From Escherichia coli (GTDB lineage Bacteria; Pseudomonadota; Gammaproteobacteria; Enterobacterales; Enterobacteriaceae): a stretch of DNA of 64,000 nucleotides. The stretch lies in NCBI RefSeq assembly GCF_044324875.1, contig NZ_CP172185.1, one strand, 5' to 3'. The notes under the pieces were generated by a model that was not told the origin of the DNA, did not search any database, and saw only the letters and a list, made by a program, of their open reading frames with translations. This document shows, one piece after another, positions 45,481 through 54,450 of this stretch; position 1 is the first letter of the stretch; every line of letters starts with the position of its first letter. Made by a program: the position numbers and the translations under genes.

Positions 45481-45642
45481 ATGACTACTCAAAACAATAA
45501 GCATGATAGCCTGGATTACTCAGAAAAGCCCAAAAGCAAGCACATCGTGACGTTCGAGCGCGATTCCGGTAGAAAAGGAGAATCGTCTTCCTCTGCCAAT
45601 AAAACCACTATGCCGGCAGCCCCTGCCCCAGGGAAAAAATAA
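45481..45642 (+). CDS. Possible small hydrophilic protein (53 aa) at prophage end
   Basis: ATG with AAGGA SD 6 bp upstream; MTTQNNKHDSLDYSEKPKSKHIVTFERDSGRKGESSSSANKTTMPAAPAPGKK. Convergent with the next gene with only 3 bp between stops, so uncertain. Confidence 0.25.
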   Translation: MTTQNNKHDSLDYSEKPKSKHIVTFERDSGRKGESSSSANKTTMPAAPAPGKK

Positions 45643-45645
45643 ACA

Positions 45646-46278
45646 TCATTCATCGTTCGTTGCACGAACGCGCCTGATCTCCACTCTGGCAATCTGATCT
45701 GCTGGAATATAGGTTGCCAGAGCTCCCCAGTACTTATCAACCACGCCTTTATACTCTTCCCATTCGTTACTGCCTGAAGGGCTGCTGTGCGTGACGTAAA
45801 GAACCATATCGCCTTTATTCCCCAGGGTAAACGGACCGTTAGGCCACTCTTCAAAGTTCCCTGGCAGCCGTGACATCATACCGGAACCATCGCGAAGAAT
45901 CACTCTGACCTCGGTAACGCTGAAGCCTGTTTGATCAAACATTGCCTGCCATGCTGAGCTGGTATCGTCAGACCATGAAATATCATTATTCCACAGTAAT
46001 CTGTACATCCATTTGCGACCGTACCTGCGCCACCACGCACCGCATGTAACGGCACACAGAAGTGCTGGTGGTGTTGCCAGCCAGGCATTCAGACCTGCCC
46101 ACATAACAGCCTGGTAAGCCATCATTGCTGTCAGGCCAAAAATCAGCGAAGAAAAAGTCACCTCAATGGGCTTGTGGTGATCCTTCAGTCCCACATTCGC
46201 AATAAAATACCCAATATAGCCACTGGTCAGGGTCACCAGTGTTGCCCATGGCAGATTTAACAACGAAACGTCAAACAT
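45646..46278 (-). CDS. Prophage terminal membrane protein of unknown function (3 predicted TM helices plus about 120-aa soluble domain)
   Basis: Start chosen at MFDVSLLNLPW..., which has a GGGAGA SD; lies downstream of a terminator that follows mor. Confidence 0.6.
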   Translation of the reverse strand: MFDVSLLNLPWATLVTLTSGYIGYFIANVGLKDHHKPIEVTFSSLIFGLTAMMAYQAVMWAGLNAWLATPPALLCAVTCGAWWRRYGRKWMYRLLWNNDISWSDDTSSAWQAMFDQTGFSVTEVRVILRDGSGMMSRLPGNFEEWPNGPFTLGNKGDMVLYVTHSSPSGSNEWEEYKGVVDKYWGALATYIPADQIARVEIRRVRATNDE

Positions 46279-46313
46279 ATTTTCTCCCTGCATCCTGAAT
46301 ACTAAAGAGAGAG

Positions 46314-46349
46314 CATAAAAAAAGCACGGTAAGGGGTCTACCGTGCTTT
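46314..46349 (-). terminator. Rho-independent terminator after mor
   Basis: On the minus strand: GCACGGTA-GACCCCTT-ACCGTGC followed by TTTTTTT. Confidence 0.6.
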
Positions 46350-46392
46350 TATACAATAAGGAGATTTTTGAAAGGACTTTAACAAGCAGGAA

Positions 46393-46791
46393 TTATCTGG
46401 ATTTGTTAACGTCTTTCGTCTCCTCTGGCAGATCTTCATCAAACAACCTGCCCTGCATCCGATCCAGTTCTTCTTTTCTGACCCGCTTAACCACGCTGTA
46501 GACCCACTGAAGCGAAACACCAAACTTGCGGGCCAGTTCGTGGTGGTTGCGTCCGTTAAACTCCCTGAAGATTTCCCGGTCGCGCTGACTGACCTTCCAT
46601 ACCATGCCCATCGGGAAATAAACGTTTTGCCCGCCCCAGACCTGCATCATTCGGTTCGCGACGGCCTGACCAATCTGGTCGGCAATTGCGGGCTCAATAT
46701 CAATAATCTCGCGAACGGTCTCAGAGGTATGCTGTGCCAGCTCCACCAGGAGTTCCGGCCCTTTACTTCGAAACTGATTCAGGTCGCTCAT
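46393..46791 (-). CDS. mor: Mor/C-family transcription activator (Mu middle operon regulator-like)
   Basis: 132 aa with C-terminal HTH (ELARKFGVSLQWVYSVVKR) typical of Mor; last gene of the early operon, after gemA, as in Mu. Confidence 0.75.
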   Translation of the reverse strand: MSDLNQFRSKGPELLVELAQHTSETVREIIDIEPAIADQIGQAVANRMMQVWGGQNVYFPMGMVWKVSQRDREIFREFNGRNHHELARKFGVSLQWVYSVVKRVRKEELDRMQGRLFDEDLPEETKDVNKSR

Positions 46792-47215
46792 GTTTTACTC
46801 CCGCAGCTCTGTGCTGCCACTTCTTCAGTTTCTCAATAACACTGCTTGCCTGTTCAGTATTGAGCCAGCGCAGGGCGCTGATGCCCGTTTCCCGCTTGAT
46901 CCACCGCGCTAATGCATTTTCTGAACGGTCACGAACAATGCCGGCAGCAGCCATTTCAAGCCATAGCGCACGGATTTTCCTGGACTGCGGATGGTTATCC
47001 AGCGGTAAACCGGAGCTGGCTTTTCCGGCAGGCTTAACGCGAAAGCCTTTCCTTTTCATGGATTCCAGCACGCAGTTTAGTTGTGTGGTATCCATTCCTT
47101 TGGTTGAGGCTTTACCGGTCAGCCCCTGTAACATCTGGCGATAGGTGTCTTCATCCATACCCAGTTCATTACGGGCAATATGAATGAGCTGGATAAGACG
47201 TTGTTTAGTCATCAT
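46763..47215 (-). CDS. gemA: GemA-like phage regulatory protein (Mu gp16 family)
   Basis: Core RLIQLIHIARNELGMDEDTYRQML...SRKIRALWLE resembles Mu GemA; start placed at internal Met. Confidence 0.7.
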   Translation of the reverse strand: MMTKQRLIQLIHIARNELGMDEDTYRQMLQGLTGKASTKGMDTTQLNCVLESMKRKGFRVKPAGKASSGLPLDNHPQSRKIRALWLEMAAAGIVRDRSENALARWIKRETGISALRWLNTEQASSVIEKLKKWQHRAAGVKHERPESVSK

Positions 47216-47420
47216 CGTTGCTCCTTTTACCTGCGCCACCGATATAATCGACATATAAAGGAAGCGCCACAGGCCAGCACAGGAACATCACCGACCAGCT
47301 AATCCAGTAGCCGGCACCACTGTAACGTGAATAAAACCCTGAACGGCGGTGCAGTTCAGCAGTACACCAACCGACAAAACAATACCAGAACAGGGCACAT
47401 ACAACAGATTCAGCCGTCAT
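47205..47420 (-). CDS. Small phage membrane protein, hypothetical
   Basis: Hydrophobic 71-aa product from internal Met (MTAESVVCALFWYCFVGW...); the longer upstream extension overlaps the neighbouring gene. Confidence 0.4.
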   Translation of the reverse strand: MTAESVVCALFWYCFVGWCTAELHRRSGFYSRYSGAGYWISWSVMFLCWPVALPLYVDYIGGAGKRSNDDD

Positions 47421-47640
47421 TCTGAATATCCCCCCAACTGATATGAATATTACGGGCAGCAATGACAGGGTCGTTATTCCACCATGCACCTGACATGTAT
47501 TTTTCAACCTGTTCGCGTCCGGCAATAACACCAATTGTGATCCCCGGCCTGACGTTCTTAAAAAAGGCGCGGGCAAAAAGGTATCTGGCAGATATTCGGC
47601 AGGCTTTTAATTTCCGGCTGTTACCTGATAGCGTAATCAT
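47410..47640 (-). CDS. Hypothetical phage early protein
   Basis: 76-aa ORF in an operon-like tandem with overlapping stop/start. Confidence 0.4.
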   Translation of the reverse strand: MITLSGNSRKLKACRISARYLFARAFFKNVRPGITIGVIAGREQVEKYMSGAWWNNDPVIAARNIHISWGDIQNDG

Positions 47641-48320
47641 CTGGCCTCCAGTTTCTGTTGTTCCTGCCCACTGACCGGGCGGTGCAGTCTGACGTTCTGC
47701 CCTTCACGAAACCCCGCATAGCGCGAGGCGTCGCCATTGCGGCTTCTTCCCGGTTTACGCGCCCTGGTGGTTTGCGTCTGCGGGTATTTATGTTCCAGCC
47801 ACTGCTGCATCAGTTCACGCTCATCATCGGTCAGGGCAAAGGACTGTATTTCACTGATAACGGCCAGCACCCAGCCTTCGGCAAACTGGTCTCCACGGCT
47901 GGTGCGGGTGGCGGTTTTTATTCTTTTGTTCTGTGCACTGATATACTGCTGACGCGCCTTTTTCAGCTGACGGGCCAGCACTTCCCAGGTGTATGCAGCC
48001 AGTGCCGCACGTTCCCGGTTGCCGTAGAACCCCACAGACGGATGCGTGCCGGGGTGAATGATGGAGTTAACACCAAATACCTCGCGGATGATGTTCATCA
48101 GGCCTGGCATGTAGCGCGGTGGACGGAGACTGCCTGTCGGCCAGTAGTGACTGATGGTTTCATCAATATCACTCATAGCAATGTCGGAATGTGTGATGCC
48201 GTGAACATCCATCAGTTTACGGGCTCGGCGCAGTGCCAGAGCGGCCTCGTGCGGGTTGCCGGATGCGGCCAGCGCCAGCAACTTTTTCAGTTTCTCAATG
48301 TGTTTATTCTGGTCTGTCAT
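47637..48320 (-). CDS. Hypothetical phage early protein
   Basis: Charged, protein-like composition; start placed at an internal Met to avoid overlap with the upstream gene. Confidence 0.5.
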   Translation of the reverse strand: MTDQNKHIEKLKKLLALAASGNPHEAALALRRARKLMDVHGITHSDIAMSDIDETISHYWPTGSLRPPRYMPGLMNIIREVFGVNSIIHPGTHPSVGFYGNRERAALAAYTWEVLARQLKKARQQYISAQNKRIKTATRTSRGDQFAEGWVLAVISEIQSFALTDDERELMQQWLEHKYPQTQTTRARKPGRSRNGDASRYAGFREGQNVRLHRPVSGQEQQKLEAR

Positions 48321-48532
48321 TGTTCTGTATCTCCGGTATTTTTCTGCCGTTTCCATGCCCGGACAGCGTCGGACAGCTCTTTCAGGCTGTATGCTGCTTT
48401 AAGCTTTTCCCATAACCACTGTGTTGTTATGTGCATCAGCAGGGCAGCCAGGGCTGCCCCCGCACTGAGGCATGTCGCCAGGCCAGTAAGAATCAGTATC
48501 CATGCGGTGATTTCCCTGAGTATGTCAGCCAT
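48317..48532 (-). CDS. Hypothetical small phage membrane protein
   Basis: 71 aa with one hydrophobic helix. Confidence 0.45.
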   Translation of the reverse strand: MADILREITAWILILTGLATCLSAGAALAALLMHITTQWLWEKLKAAYSLKELSDAVRAWKRQKNTGDTEQ

Positions 48533-48546
48533 TGAATGCCTCCCGG

Positions 48547-48843
48547 TTACTCGTTCGTGTAAATCACGCCCAGTCGTGCAGCCAGACGTTCCAGTTTTTT
48601 CTGTTTGTGGAAGTCAATCAGCCGGTCCATCCCCTGAAGGCGCAATTGCTCTGTCATGATTTCCACGTCTGCCAGCTCTGCCGCGAGGTCGCTTTCGCTG
48701 CCCTGTCCGTTCAGATTGCGGGCAGCACTGGCCGCCAGTTCAGCGGCCTCTTCTGTCAGTTTCAGGGCCTGTGCGTCCGGCCCGAAACGCTGCAGGGCCA
48801 GACGGTAGAGGGCGGTGCGGGTGAGTATGGTGTTCCGTGTCAT
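48547..48843 (-). CDS. Hypothetical phage early protein
   Basis: 98-aa ORF in the early operon. Confidence 0.5.
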   Translation of the reverse strand: MTRNTILTRTALYRLALQRFGPDAQALKLTEEAAELAASAARNLNGQGSESDLAAELADVEIMTEQLRLQGMDRLIDFHKQKKLERLAARLGVIYTNE

Positions 48844-48852
48844 GCCGCGCCC

Positions 48853-49125
48853 TCAGTGCTTCCGGCTGACGGTGATGTGCAGGCCGCCTTCTGCAGTGGT
48901 TTCCATCCGGTACGGCACCTCATGCTCTGCCGTGTGGGTGAGTGTGTTCATCAGTACCTGCAGGGCAGCCGCCTTTCCGTTGGTTGCCACAATGGCCTGT
49001 GTGGTCATGCTGATTAGCGCCGTCAGGACGTGCTTCACATCGGTGAGGTCGCGGCATTCACACTCGTTGACATAGTGTTCAACAAGGGTTCGGGTGCGCT
49101 GTCGTGCTTCCTGTGGGGTAATCAT
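48853..49125 (-). CDS. Hypothetical phage early protein
   Basis: 90-aa ORF. Confidence 0.5.
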   Translation of the reverse strand: MITPQEARQRTRTLVEHYVNECECRDLTDVKHVLTALISMTTQAIVATNGKAAALQVLMNTLTHTAEHEVPYRMETTAEGGLHITVSRKH

Positions 49126-49316
49126 TGCGAGTCCTCCCTGTCAGGGCGGGAGAATTCCATGACGGGCACGTCTGCCGAAAAATGCTGGCTGCAGTACGGG
49201 CAGACCAGGGTGACGCGTACCGCAGGGATGTGGTATTTACCGGACATCACGGCGATGGCGCTGTGAAAACGCAGGGCTGTTATATCCCTCTCGCACTGAA
49301 TACATTTAAATATCAT
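49122..49316 (-). CDS. Small zinc-ribbon-like phage protein
   Basis: 64 aa with two CxxC pairs (CIQC ... CPYC). Confidence 0.45.
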   Translation of the reverse strand: MIFKCIQCERDITALRFHSAIAVMSGKYHIPAVRVTLVCPYCSQHFSADVPVMEFSRPDREDSQ

Positions 49317-49413
49317 GATTTAATTCTCCTCTGTTTCCGGCGTGCAGAAGCCCGCGGCGCTGACGCCGGAATAAAAAAGAAAATGTTTTTATTAAATAAT
49401 TAACGTGGTGTGT

Positions 49414-49944
49414 TTACTGCACATCCTGCTCAAAAGGAATTATTGAAAAATCCTCAATGTCGCTTTTAATGGAAATACCGGGAATATTTTTCACGGCCTC
49501 TTTTTCATTCAGGATAGCGTCTTTATTTATTTCCTCTTTTACACGAATAAAGCGCTCAAGCCCCAGACGTCTCAGTAATTCAATAACATTATCCGCCCCA
49601 CGGATACTGACTGATGGCGGACGGTTTCGCCACTGCACCTCGCCGGTGGTAAGGTTAGCGAACTTCACCTTCCCGTTGCCGGTCAGTTCATCACGGTGCG
49701 CCTCACACCATGTCTGGATACCGGACTGCAGTTCGGCCATGCGTTTTTTCAGGCTCTCGGTGAGCGGGGCATAACGTGCGGTGATATCGCCAATGGCGTC
49801 ATTCATTTCTGTTTCAGCCCTGACCAGTTCACGTTGTGCGTCACCGAGTAGTCTGATTCCCTCAATGACCTCTTCGCGTGTCCCTGGTACCCAGAGTGCC
49901 GCTGCGGCCTTGATACGTTTTGCCCCTTTTGTACTTTTTGCCAT
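49414..49944 (-). CDS. gam: Host-nuclease inhibitor protein Gam (Mu Gam family)
   Basis: 176 aa; MAKSTKGAKRIKAAAALWVP...LETEMNDAI...DFSIIPFEQ matches my recollection of Mu Gam along its whole length. Confidence 0.9.
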   Translation of the reverse strand: MAKSTKGAKRIKAAAALWVPGTREEVIEGIRLLGDAQRELVRAETEMNDAIGDITARYAPLTESLKKRMAELQSGIQTWCEAHRDELTGNGKVKFANLTTGEVQWRNRPPSVSIRGADNVIELLRRLGLERFIRVKEEINKDAILNEKEAVKNIPGISIKSDIEDFSIIPFEQDVQ

Positions 49945-49971
49945 ATTTTATGATTTCTCCGGTTGTGCTGA

Positions 49972-50241
49972 TTACCACAAAGATTCCGGCCACACGACGC
50001 GACAGCCGTGCAGTTCGAAAACGCCCTGACGGAAATATCCCCTGTGGTCATGTCCGGTATACAGATAACAGGCCTTTCCCTGCTCAAGCATGCGCATGCA
50101 ATGCGCACTCCGGGAAACGCGGATGACAGGTTTGTTACCCCTGATGGTGATGCTTTGTACATCCGTGTTCGTCGCCTTAAGCGCCATAATGGCTGACTGC
50201 ACTTTGCTGATTTGCTGGTTGATACCTGTGGTGGATTTCAT
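49972..50241 (-). CDS. Hypothetical phage early protein (position of Mu kil)
   Basis: 89-aa ORF directly downstream of the B-like gene. Confidence 0.45.
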   Translation of the reverse strand: MKSTTGINQQISKVQSAIMALKATNTDVQSITIRGNKPVIRVSRSAHCMRMLEQGKACYLYTGHDHRGYFRQGVFELHGCRVVWPESLW

Positions 50242-50243
50242 TA

Positions 50244-51437
50244 TTAAACTCCTTTGACAACGTCAGCGTTGACCTGTGGAACCCCGATTTCAGCGGCCAG
50301 ATTCATGGCGGCTATTACCAGGTTACTGACGGCCAGCGGATACAGCAGGCTGACCATATTTTTACGATGACTTCCCGGATTGCTCAGGCGGGCACGTATG
50401 GCATCCACTGCGCTGGCGTCCATAATGTCCGTCAGTTGTTTACCGGCCCGTTGCAGTTTGAACGTCAGAAATTCTTCAAGGTTATTGTCCAGAGGCAGAA
50501 GTTCGACCACCTCACAGCGCTGAACGACTTCACGGACTTCCATATTGCGTTCAGACAGTTTTGTCGCCAGTTCCGGCTGGCCAATCAGCACGATGGACAG
50601 CAGTTTTTTGAAACCGGACTCCAGCTCAAAAAAGCGTTTGAGGTGTTTCAGTGTCGGAATGGGCAGACTGTGGGCCTCCTCAATCACCAGAACGTGGCTG
50701 AACCCCGCCTGGCTGCTGTCTTTCAGGACGCGATGCAACTGGCGAAAGCGGGCGTCCTGACTGCGTCTGATGCTTTCCAGTGGTGCGATGGTACTGATAA
50801 TGGCTTCGGCAATAGCTGCTGCCTTCAGGGTTTTCCCTTTCACATCGTTGTCTTCCATAGCGATGATGTATGGCTCGATAACAATTACCGGCGCATTCTC
50901 GCGGTTAATACGTTCAGTCAGGTCGCGGCGCAGCGTGGATTTACCCGCACCGGACTCACCGATGACGGCCATAAACCCACCATGACGGGCTGTCTGGTAC
51001 AGCGCCTCACGCACGTAGCGAATGTCCGGGGTGGTGAACACATCATCAGAACCCTGCATGGCTTCATCGGCGAACGGGTCACGGAAAAGACCAAACGCTT
51101 TTTTGGTTGCTGGAAATAACACCTGTTTTTTGAGTAACATATTCTCTTCCTCACTGAGGCTCGTTTTATCTGTGGTACCCGCTGTACGGGGCGTGGCCGC
51201 GCCCTGTACAGCATCAAAACTCTTCGTTGTATCAATCCCCTGACTTTCCAGCCAGGACGCAAGACGCCGGCGCACTTCTCCGGGGCTGGTGCGGGGCCAC
51301 GCGTTATGATTCACAATCTGGGCCAGCGTGGCCTCAGAAACATCGACAGCTCTCGCCGCCACCGCCTGTGGAATACGGGCCTCTTTCAGTTGCTGCTTCA
51401 GTACCAGCATGTTTCCCTCCTCAGTTGCCGTTAACAA
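50244..51437 (-). CDS. Transposition helper ATPase (MuB-like, AAA+)
   Basis: 397 aa; N-terminal HTH-like region then Walker A GESGAGKST and Walker B VLVIEEAH; start overlaps the transposase stop. Confidence 0.8.
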   Translation of the reverse strand: MLTATEEGNMLVLKQQLKEARIPQAVAARAVDVSEATLAQIVNHNAWPRTSPGEVRRRLASWLESQGIDTTKSFDAVQGAATPRTAGTTDKTSLSEEENMLLKKQVLFPATKKAFGLFRDPFADEAMQGSDDVFTTPDIRYVREALYQTARHGGFMAVIGESGAGKSTLRRDLTERINRENAPVIVIEPYIIAMEDNDVKGKTLKAAAIAEAIISTIAPLESIRRSQDARFRQLHRVLKDSSQAGFSHVLVIEEAHSLPIPTLKHLKRFFELESGFKKLLSIVLIGQPELATKLSERNMEVREVVQRCEVVELLPLDNNLEEFLTFKLQRAGKQLTDIMDASAVDAIRARLSNPGSHRKNMVSLLYPLAVSNLVIAAMNLAAEIGVPQVNADVVKGV

Positions 51438-53190
51438 TGCTGATAACGCTGCTGCGGGCCGGCGTGGTCAGCGTGGCCATGACTTCATCCAGTGCGGCTT
51501 CCGGTACGCCGTCCGGGTACTGTGCTGTTAACTGGCGGTAATGTTCCGGCGTCCAGGTCAGGCCGTCGGCGCTGAACTTATCGCGCAGGGCTTTCGCGGC
51601 CTCCACATGAGTCATGGGACGCTGTTCAGTGCGCGGTCCGCGTACGTCAGAGGCCTGACCACGCTTCGGTATACAGGCCGGAAGTGTGGCGTCATCAATA
51701 TGTTTATACGGGTCAAGCCGCCCGCCGAACGGCAGCGCCTTCGCCTTGCGTGCGGCAGCTGCATCTGCGGCGTTGTCTGTACCGGTGACCAGCGCTTCGG
51801 TTTCTTTTGCCGCCATCTGCGCCGGGGTTTCCGGCAGGGCTTTGTAACTTTCGCCAAATACCGCCGCGCCTTCAGCAAAGCCAAACTCGTTCTTTCTGAC
51901 CTCTTCGACCAGGAAGAACGTCTCGTGGCCGTCCTCACCGGTCAGAACCACCTGTGCCACATCGCTGCGCCACGGGTTACGGGTAATCATCAGTTTTTCA
52001 CCGACCAGTACGCCCGGTACCGTTGATACGTCAAATTCAGTGCCCCGGAACGAGACACGAAGTTTTGGCGTGACTTTGCGGAGTTCTGGTGCCGCCACAG
52101 CCAGTTCACGACATACCTCAACGGAAGGCGCTTTTTTCAGCTGCTCAGCAGTAATCTTCAGCCAGATATCCGTGCGGGTTTTACCGTGGCGGCTGTGAAC
52201 AGCCGTGGCGTTAAAGTGGCTGCGCCATTTCGCGGCCAGCGCGTTGAGTTCTTCCAGACTGTGAACCGGCCGGAACTTCAGACCCGGCTCCAGCTTGCGT
52301 TCGATAATGTCACGCGCCTTTTCCACCTGTCCGGTGGCGCGGGCGTTATGCGGCTTGTGCGCTATCAGGTCGATGCCCAGTGAGCGGCACATGTTTTTCG
52401 TCATACCCGCGGTGTTTGCCGAGCCGGGGTCGAGATAGAGTATTTTTGGCACGCCGTGCAGCACGTCTGCGCCGCCACGCTCCTGCATGGCGTTGATAAG
52501 CACAGAACACAGGTTCTCACCGGATTCCGCACCCGTCACATACTCAACGTAAATCCAGCCGCTGGCATGGTCGGTAATCTCGTAACTCCACACGCGGTCA
52601 CTGGCGATACGGGCAAGGTTAGCGGGCTTGTTTTTGTAGAATTTCGCGCTGTCCATCACCTGCAGCCCTTTATGTCCATTGCTCAGGTAGTAAAGCGTGC
52701 AGAGTGAGGCGTCAATCTGCCAGACATGATTGGGGTGCAGACTGGCCACTTCGGTATGCGGTGCAGGGGCATCCAGTTGTTCCGGGTGCAGGCCATAGTT
52801 ACGCAGGGCACGACTGATGGCATCTTCGGACAACGGGAAAAACTCACCGGTGGTTTCATCTGTTCTGCCTGCGGAGATAAAGCCGTTAGCCCGCAGGGTT
52901 TCCACTGCATCCGCGATGGAATAGAGACGCTTACCGTTCTTGCGGGTGGCCTCACGTAGTGTGGCAGATATCAGCGCGGCTTCGTCGCGGGTCAGGGTGC
53001 TGCGTCCGGCATCGGCGCGTTTTTTGCGTTTATCAGTCACAGAGACCTCCTTCAGCCTGCGCAGCAGAGTGGCGCGGGACATGCCAAGTTCAGCACAGGC
53101 AGCGTCGTATATTGCACCGCGTTTACCATGCCCCGCATTACGTGCCGCGCGGGCTGTTTCAACAAGTTTTTCAGTCAGTGCCGGGGTCAT
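51421..53190 (-). CDS. DDE (rve-type) transposase of the transposable phage, TnpA
   Basis: 589 aa; N-terminal HTH then an integrase-core-like region (HVWQIDASL...LYLDPGSANTA); followed by the AAA+ partner as in Mu A-B. Confidence 0.8.
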   Translation of the reverse strand: MTPALTEKLVETARAARNAGHGKRGAIYDAACAELGMSRATLLRRLKEVSVTDKRKKRADAGRSTLTRDEAALISATLREATRKNGKRLYSIADAVETLRANGFISAGRTDETTGEFFPLSEDAISRALRNYGLHPEQLDAPAPHTEVASLHPNHVWQIDASLCTLYYLSNGHKGLQVMDSAKFYKNKPANLARIASDRVWSYEITDHASGWIYVEYVTGAESGENLCSVLINAMQERGGADVLHGVPKILYLDPGSANTAGMTKNMCRSLGIDLIAHKPHNARATGQVEKARDIIERKLEPGLKFRPVHSLEELNALAAKWRSHFNATAVHSRHGKTRTDIWLKITAEQLKKAPSVEVCRELAVAAPELRKVTPKLRVSFRGTEFDVSTVPGVLVGEKLMITRNPWRSDVAQVVLTGEDGHETFFLVEEVRKNEFGFAEGAAVFGESYKALPETPAQMAAKETEALVTGTDNAADAAAARKAKALPFGGRLDPYKHIDDATLPACIPKRGQASDVRGPRTEQRPMTHVEAAKALRDKFSADGLTWTPEHYRQLTAQYPDGVPEAALDEVMATLTTPARSSVISIVNGN

Positions 53191-53205
53191 AGCTTGTCTT
53201 CCCTG

Positions 53206-53523
53206 TTATCCGATTCTGGCGGCAATTTTTCTGGCACGGTCGCGCAGGGTTTCGCCATCGCAGGTTTTCACCACGTTATTTACCGGTTGCGGCGCAACTG
53301 CCGGGCGCAATGCTGACTGATGCTGCAGACGTCTTATCTGCTGCATCAGCATCACTTCCATCGTCAGTACAAACGGATGCGCCTCCTGTGCGGGTACGCA
53401 GATTTCACCGGAAGGTGTCACCACGCGGAAACCCTGCACCATCTCCGGCAGCAGATTACACAGTGCGTGCCCCAGTGCCTCCGGGCTGTCCATCAGGATA
53501 TTTTGTGTGTTATCCGTGTTCAT
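53206..53523 (-). CDS. Hypothetical phage early protein
   Basis: 105-aa ORF between the Ner-like gene and the transposase. Confidence 0.45.
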   Translation of the reverse strand: MNTDNTQNILMDSPEALGHALCNLLPEMVQGFRVVTPSGEICVPAQEAHPFVLTMEVMLMQQIRRLQHQSALRPAVAPQPVNNVVKTCDGETLRDRARKIAARIG

Positions 53524-54440
53524 TACTGCATGCCCTCCGGTCGGTTGATTTCAGGCTCCGGTTCGGTCAGCCATGCGGGGACATCGTTACCCGATGGTGC
53601 GGCATCAAGGTCGAACGTCTCACGCAATGCATGAACACTGCGTTCAATCTGGCAGACCAGACCGGCCATGAAATCTCTGGGGGTATCAATCATGTTTTTA
53701 CTGCAGTATTCACACAGGGTTTCAAAGGCACCGGAGAGCCGGACGGCGATGGCAGATTCCGCCTCAACCGCTAATGCGGTCACTTCCGCCCGCAGCTTCT
53801 TCACCTCTTCATCAGGCTCAGGCGGTTGAATACGGGATTTCTTCTCCAGTTTTGTGGCCAGTTCGTTGATTTTTTCGTCCTTTCCGGCAAGCACCTGTTG
53901 CTGAGCTGCGTTAGTTTCGCGCGCTTCACGCAGGGCCTGGCGAAGTTCACGTACTGACATGCGATCAACATCATCAAGCGTCAGGCCGGCAACTGTGCCG
54001 CCGTCGGCCAGTTCGGCAAGGTCTTCATCGTCTTCAGCAACAAGTTCAAATAATTTTGCCTTACCCAAAAGCGACAACGTTGTCGCTTTTGGCTCTAGTT
54101 TTGGTGAAAGGTATTTCAAAGATGCTTTCATCATTCGTTGTGCTGCGCGCACGTGCAAACCAAGTTGTTCTTCTACAATTCCAACAAAGTCCCCGTGTGG
54201 CTCATTTTCTTTTAAGATGATCAGCCGTTTACCCGCTTCCAGCATAGATTCAGCACTCTGCGCCATATAAAAACGTGCTTCGTGAACGATGCGATCACGT
54301 TCATAAGGCAGTCCATCACCAAACTGCTGCATGATCTCCATGCGATGCTGTGTCATGGCATTCAGGCTGACGTTGAGATCATCCGACAGCGGTACCTCGG
54401 CGTTCAGTTCAGTGTTAACCGGTGATTTGGTGCGTCCCAT
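53523..54440 (-). CDS. Hypothetical acidic, helix-rich phage early protein
   Basis: 305 aa with long charged helical segments; family not recognised. Confidence 0.55.
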   Translation of the reverse strand: MGRTKSPVNTELNAEVPLSDDLNVSLNAMTQHRMEIMQQFGDGLPYERDRIVHEARFYMAQSAESMLEAGKRLIILKENEPHGDFVGIVEEQLGLHVRAAQRMMKASLKYLSPKLEPKATTLSLLGKAKLFELVAEDDEDLAELADGGTVAGLTLDDVDRMSVRELRQALREARETNAAQQQVLAGKDEKINELATKLEKKSRIQPPEPDEEVKKLRAEVTALAVEAESAIAVRLSGAFETLCEYCSKNMIDTPRDFMAGLVCQIERSVHALRETFDLDAAPSGNDVPAWLTEPEPEINRPEGMQ

Positions 54441-54450
54441 TGATTACTCC

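Noticed and set aside
45516-45854. 112-aa minus-strand ORF overlapping the terminal membrane-protein gene
   Set aside because: Different frame from, and mostly inside, the better-supported 210-aa membrane protein gene; no independent start signal.
47658-48659. 333-aa plus-strand ORF inside the prophage early region
   Set aside because: Antisense to a coherent operon of minus-strand genes with coupled starts; Cys-rich low-complexity translation and no SD.
50367-51119. 250-aa plus-strand ORF
   Set aside because: Lies entirely antisense within the AAA+ B-like ATPase gene, which has clear Walker motifs.
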